A DNA stretch of 64,000 nucleotides from Antedon mediterranea (lineage: Eukaryota > Animalia > Echinodermata), in the NCBI RefSeq assembly GCF_964355755.1, contig NC_092676.1:27236871-27300870 (forward strand). Reading direction: 5' to 3'. A program made the position numbers and the translations under genes. The notes below the pieces were generated by a model. It had not been told where the DNA came from, did not search any database, and saw only the letters and a list, made by a program, of their open reading frames with translations. Positions 63,701 through 64,000 of the stretch are shown piece after piece; positions within the stretch are counted from its first letter, which is position 1, and each line of letters begins with the position of its first letter.

Positions 63701-63877
63701 TCAGCCATTTTATCAAGGTTTGTCAATTCCTGGCAAGAAGCTGAGGAAGCAGCTAAGAAAGAAGCAGAAGATGAAGCCAGTTTGTTCCGGTTCAAACCCA
63801 GAGTTCATTGTGAAGACATCACAGACGAAGAGCAGGAAGAATTGGAGATAAGACAGTCGTTTCCATTGTTTGATCAG
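23347..63877 (+). CDS. MDN1: Midasin (MDN1/Rea1) AAA+ ATPase, 60S ribosome maturation factor; 60 coding exons in window, 3'-partial
   Basis: Hand-spliced model with frame-consistent junctions (GT-AG, one GC-AG). N-terminus MENLLVDVSV...ILAKQ/VWSSNDRYKVLSTLSNLL...RPIMLDLL resembles recalled human MDN1 MEHFLLEV...FLAKQVWTPQDRQCVLSTLAQLL...RPLLLDLL. Six Walker A motifs: GPVGCGKT, GETGTGKT, GETSVGKT, GETGCGKT, GSPGVGKT, GPKSSGKT. Walker B motifs of the WI/VLLDEINLA type; R-finger LSPALRNRF/LSRAFRNRF. No stop codon reached in the window. Confidence 0.97.
25463..25620 (-). mobile_element. Penelope-like terminal fragment with hammerhead core
   Basis: Minus strand CTGATGA-AGG-gctagtgttt-CCT-GAAA; tail related to 27976-28500 and to the 61-bp satellite. 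Confidence 0.6.
25923..26246 (+). repeat. Diverged tandem duplication of about 165 bp
   Basis: cttgttctaaat...gtgatgcatcaccaaca...ttttcttag twice. Confidence 0.85.
26528..27591. mobile_element. Non-autonomous PIF/Harbinger-like element, about 1.06 kb
   Basis: TIR GGCCCTGTTCAGACCCATG / CATGGGTCTGAACAGGGCC with TAA on both sides (3-bp TSD); no transposase ORF. Confidence 0.88.
27976..28500 (-). mobile_element. Penelope-like terminal fragment with degenerate hammerhead
   Basis: Minus strand CTAATGA-AGGG-ctagtgtt-CCCC-GAAA-GCtctGC-TA; tandem TATCAGTGGCTGGATCTCAATGGAGATAC tail. Confidence 0.6.
28381..28463 (+). repeat. 19-bp tandem repeat, about 4 copies
   Basis: Unit aatatggtatgcaatataa. Confidence 0.95.
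28743..28938. mobile_element. MITE family B subfamily (intron 4)
   Basis: TIRs; related to 15820-16020. Confidence 0.8.
29000..29079 (+). ncRNA. Possible degenerate box C/D snoRNA (intron 4)
   Basis: Stem gatttat/ataaatc, C ATGATGA, D' CAGA, C' ATGTTGA, but non-canonical D box (TCGA). Confidence 0.3.
29617..29768. mobile_element. MITE family A (intron 5)
   Basis: TIRs, TA flanks. Confidence 0.9.
29834..29910 (+). ncRNA. Box C/D snoRNA, U83/U84-like variant (intron 5)
   Basis: Terminal stem attgcta/tagcaat, C box ATGATGT, element TTATCTTATCACCTCTTGA then D box CTGA. Confidence 0.75.
30352..30427 (+). ncRNA. Box C/D snoRNA, U83/U84-like variant (intron 6)
   Basis: Stem ttgcca/tggcaa (compensatory change relative to the intron-5 copy), C box GTGATGA, same 3' element, D box CTGA. 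Confidence 0.78.
30590..32962 (+). CDS. MDN1: MDN1 exons 7-12, AAA1
   Basis: Exons 30590-30799 (GPVGCGKT), 30900-30971, 31129-31292 (WILLEDID), 31821-31935, 32396-32629, 32754-32962. Confidence 0.95.
32003..32298 (+). mobile_element. tRNA-derived SINE with L2-type tail (intron 10)
   Basis: tRNA-like head, TCCTTGGGCAAGATACTT central motif, AGGCGCTATTTAAAT...TATTATTATT tail. Confidence 0.8.
33106..35890 (+). CDS. MDN1: MDN1 exons 13-19, AAA2
   Basis: Exons 33106-33318 (GETGTGKT), 33429-33774, 34040-34176 (WVLLDEINLA), 34398-34502 (FACMNPATDVGKK), 34944-35057, 35189-35260, 35815-35890. Confidence 0.95.
33841..33999. mobile_element. MITE family A (intron 14)
   Basis: TIRs and internal motif. 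Confidence 0.85.
34262..34323 (+). ncRNA. Box C/D snoRNA, SNORD105-like (18S Um799-equivalent guide), intron 15
   Basis: Short tgta/taca stem, C AGGATGA, D' CTGA, C' TGTTGA, guide AGTAAACGTT then D CTGA; complementary to 18S AACGUUUACU; recalled human U105 ends AGTAAACGCT-CTGA. Confidence 0.65.
34532..34685. mobile_element. MITE family A (intron 16)
   Basis: Near-perfect TIRs. Confidence 0.9.
34765..34835 (+). ncRNA. Box C/D snoRNA, U84 (SNORD84)-like, intron 16
   Basis: Stem tacca/tggta, C box ATGATGTTTT, 3' end ATCTATCACCCTTGACTGATGG matches recalled human U84. Confidence 0.85.
35382..35662 (+). repeat. About 98-bp tandem triplication (intron 18)
   Basis: gcagccacagataaa(c/t)cctttgat(t/a)tctggagctcagcatcctgttgt x3. 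Confidence 0.9.
35964..37363. mobile_element. Non-autonomous TTAA-TSD DNA transposon (Kolobok-like), 1.4 kb, intron 19
   Basis: TTAA|AGTGGAGCTACACTCAGA ... TCTGGGTGGAGCTCCACT|TTAA. Confidence 0.85.
37423..37516 (+). ncRNA. Box C/D snoRNA, 28S-complementary family, copy 1 (intron 19)
   Basis: Stem tgcttgaa/ttcaagca, C ATGATGA, ATTCGCGCTTCG then D' ATGA, TTTCTTCACT, D CTGA. Confidence 0.85.
37618..39502 (+). CDS. MDN1: MDN1 exons 20-25, AAA3
   Basis: Exons 37618-37883, 38212-38390 (GETSVGKT), 38484-38575, 38708-38824, 39029-39175, 39358-39502. Confidence 0.95.
37908..37987 (+). ncRNA. Box C/D snoRNA, U83 (SNORD117)-like, intron 20
   Basis: Stem atttacca/tggtaaat, C box ATGATGTTT, 3' end TTATCTATCACCCATGACTGATGG matches recalled human U83. 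Confidence 0.85.
38858..38944 (+). ncRNA. Box C/D snoRNA, 28S-complementary family, copy 2 (intron 23)
   Basis: Stem cttgga/tccaag, C ATGATGA, ATTCGCGCTTCG, TTTCTTCACT, D CTGA. Confidence 0.85.
39218..39310. mobile_element. MITE family B fragment (intron 24)
   Basis: Left terminus and core. Confidence 0.65.
39614..41677 (+). CDS. MDN1: MDN1 exons 26-31, AAA4
   Basis: Exons 39614-39893, 40089-40227 (GC donor follows), 40345-40614 (FLIDEISLADDSVLERLNSVLE), 40858-41054, 41149-41291, 41477-41677. Confidence 0.95.
40662..40758 (+). ncRNA. Box C/D snoRNA, 28S-complementary family, copy 3 (intron 28)
   Basis: Stem aatcttgga/tccaagatt, C ATGATGA, ATTCGCGCTTCG, TTTCTTCACT, D CTGA. Confidence 0.85.
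41768..42066. mobile_element. Tc1/mariner-like MITE (intron 31)
   Basis: TA|CAGT...CCAATACCGGAC / GTCTGGTATTGG...ACTG|TA imperfect TIRs. Confidence 0.65.
42086..44026 (+). CDS. MDN1: MDN1 exons 32-37, AAA5
   Basis: Exons 42086-42294 (GSPGVGKT), 42471-42593, 42844-43038, 43320-43427, 43623-43802, 43919-44026. Confidence 0.95.
42633..42721 (+). ncRNA. Box C/D snoRNA candidate, TTTGGTTTAGTTT family, copy 1 (intron 33)
   Basis: Stem tcttgga/tccgaga, C AGGATGA, internal CTGAAATTCA, TTTGGTTTAGTTT then D CTGA. Confidence 0.7.
43122..43248. mobile_element. MITE family A (intron 34)
   Basis: Near-perfect TIRs. Confidence 0.9.
43450..43529 (+). ncRNA. Box C/D snoRNA candidate, TTTGGTTTAGTTT family, copy 2 (intron 35)
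   Basis: C ATGATGA, CTGAAATTCA and TTTGGTTTAGTTT-CTGA shared with copy 1; weak terminal stem. Confidence 0.65.
44172..46595 (+). CDS. MDN1: MDN1 exons 38-44, AAA6
   Basis: Exons 44172-44315, 44580-44708 (GPKSSGKT), 45116-45278, 45485-45589, 45677-45848, 46077-46193, 46511-46595 (ISRAMRNRGVE). Confidence 0.93.
44390..44536. mobile_element. MITE family A (intron 38)
   Basis: Right TIR and internal motif. Confidence 0.8.
44735..44948 (+). repeat. 31-bp minisatellite with one inverted unit
   Basis: Unit aactaaagccttgttcgcactggctttattt; inverted unit at about 44800-44820. Confidence 0.9.
45921..46030. mobile_element. MITE family A, truncated (intron 42)
   Basis: Left TIR and internal motif only. 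Confidence 0.8.
46245..46443 (+). repeat. About 100-bp tandem duplication (intron 43)
   Basis: tatatttgaccacat...aaaatattgtggcattctttaga...tgcttataaaaccaat twice. Confidence 0.9.
46731..63877 (+). CDS. MDN1: MDN1 exons 45-60, helical linker (partial)
   Basis: Exons 46731-46854, 46962-47110, 47285-47738, 47854-47995, 48100-48221, 48522-48655, 49565-49728, 56431-56762, 56987-57335, 58297-58552, 59184-59395, 61273-61735, 61860-62051, 62428-62748, 63150-63337, 63619-63877; open frames, canonical splice sites, matching phases. Confidence 0.85.
48729..49354. mobile_element. Kolobok-like TTAA MITE family D (intron 50)
   Basis: TTAA|AGACCCCTTCCCT ... AGGGAATGGGGCT|TTAA; inverted near-identical copy at 59591-60071. 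Confidence 0.88.
50555..50693. mobile_element. MITE family A (intron 51)
   Basis: Degenerate TIRs and internal motif. Confidence 0.8.
51558..52228 (+). repeat. 61-bp minisatellite x11, near-perfect
   Basis: Unit aaaaatgacaatgttgtagggatatcagtggctagatctcaatggtgatactaataagaag. Confidence 0.98.
53193..53458. mobile_element. Internally deleted, inverted copy of the Harbinger-like element
   Basis: Reverse-complement match to about 26528-26712 joined to about 27450-27510-like sequence. Confidence 0.85.
55542..56334. mobile_element. Possible solo LTR
   Basis: TGTAAC...GTTACA inverted termini; octamer ATTTGCAT and CCAAT near the left end; no TSD seen. Confidence 0.35.
57356..57460. mobile_element. 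MITE family A, short (intron 53)
   Basis: Degenerate TIRs and internal motif. Confidence 0.8.
57796..57995 (+). repeat. 50-bp tandem repeat, about 4 copies
   Basis: gctgcaatcaaccaatgctacagtta...ggtttaaagaattag. Confidence 0.92.
59451..60105. mobile_element. Family E copy (inverted) split by family D insertion
   Basis: TTAAAGATGTATTG ... GACATTAA [insert] AAATGGCATATTCAACAAAAATATCTTTAA. Confidence 0.75.
59591..60071. mobile_element. Kolobok-like TTAA MITE family D, inverted, nested in family E (intron 55)
   Basis: TTAA on both sides; internal deletion relative to the 48729 copy. Confidence 0.88.
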
Positions 63878-64000
63878 GTTAGAATCTTTCTTATTTCGGC
63901 ACACTTCCAACAGTGAACACCAATAACACAAGAAGTAACAAACTTCAGCTTAGATATAGTAGCAGTGCTTTTGGCATTAACATTTGGAGAAAGTTAAACA

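Noticed and set aside
33597-63931. Minus-strand ORFs overlapping MDN1 exons
   Set aside because: Antisense shadows of coding exons.

Overview
AT-rich animal genomic DNA, probably an invertebrate (taxon not provable from this window). Bases 1-23 kb are gene-free, with MITEs, a SINE, LINE tails and micro/minisatellites. From 23347 to beyond the window end, the + strand carries the first 60 coding exons of midasin (MDN1/Rea1): N-terminal domain, six AAA+ modules and part of the linker; the D/E-rich tail and MIDAS domain lie outside the window. The MDN1 introns host about 10 box C/D snoRNA-like units in four families. Four resemble the human orphan snoRNAs U83/U84 (SNORD117/SNORD84, hosted in DDX39B in mammals), three carry two 28S-complementary elements, one is SNORD105-like and two have no assigned target. 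Also present: a GC-AG intron, an intronic one-arm/three-partner dsRNA structure, Penelope-like fragments with hammerhead cores, and nested TTAA transposons. Family and target assignments rest on recalled reference sequences and need database confirmation.
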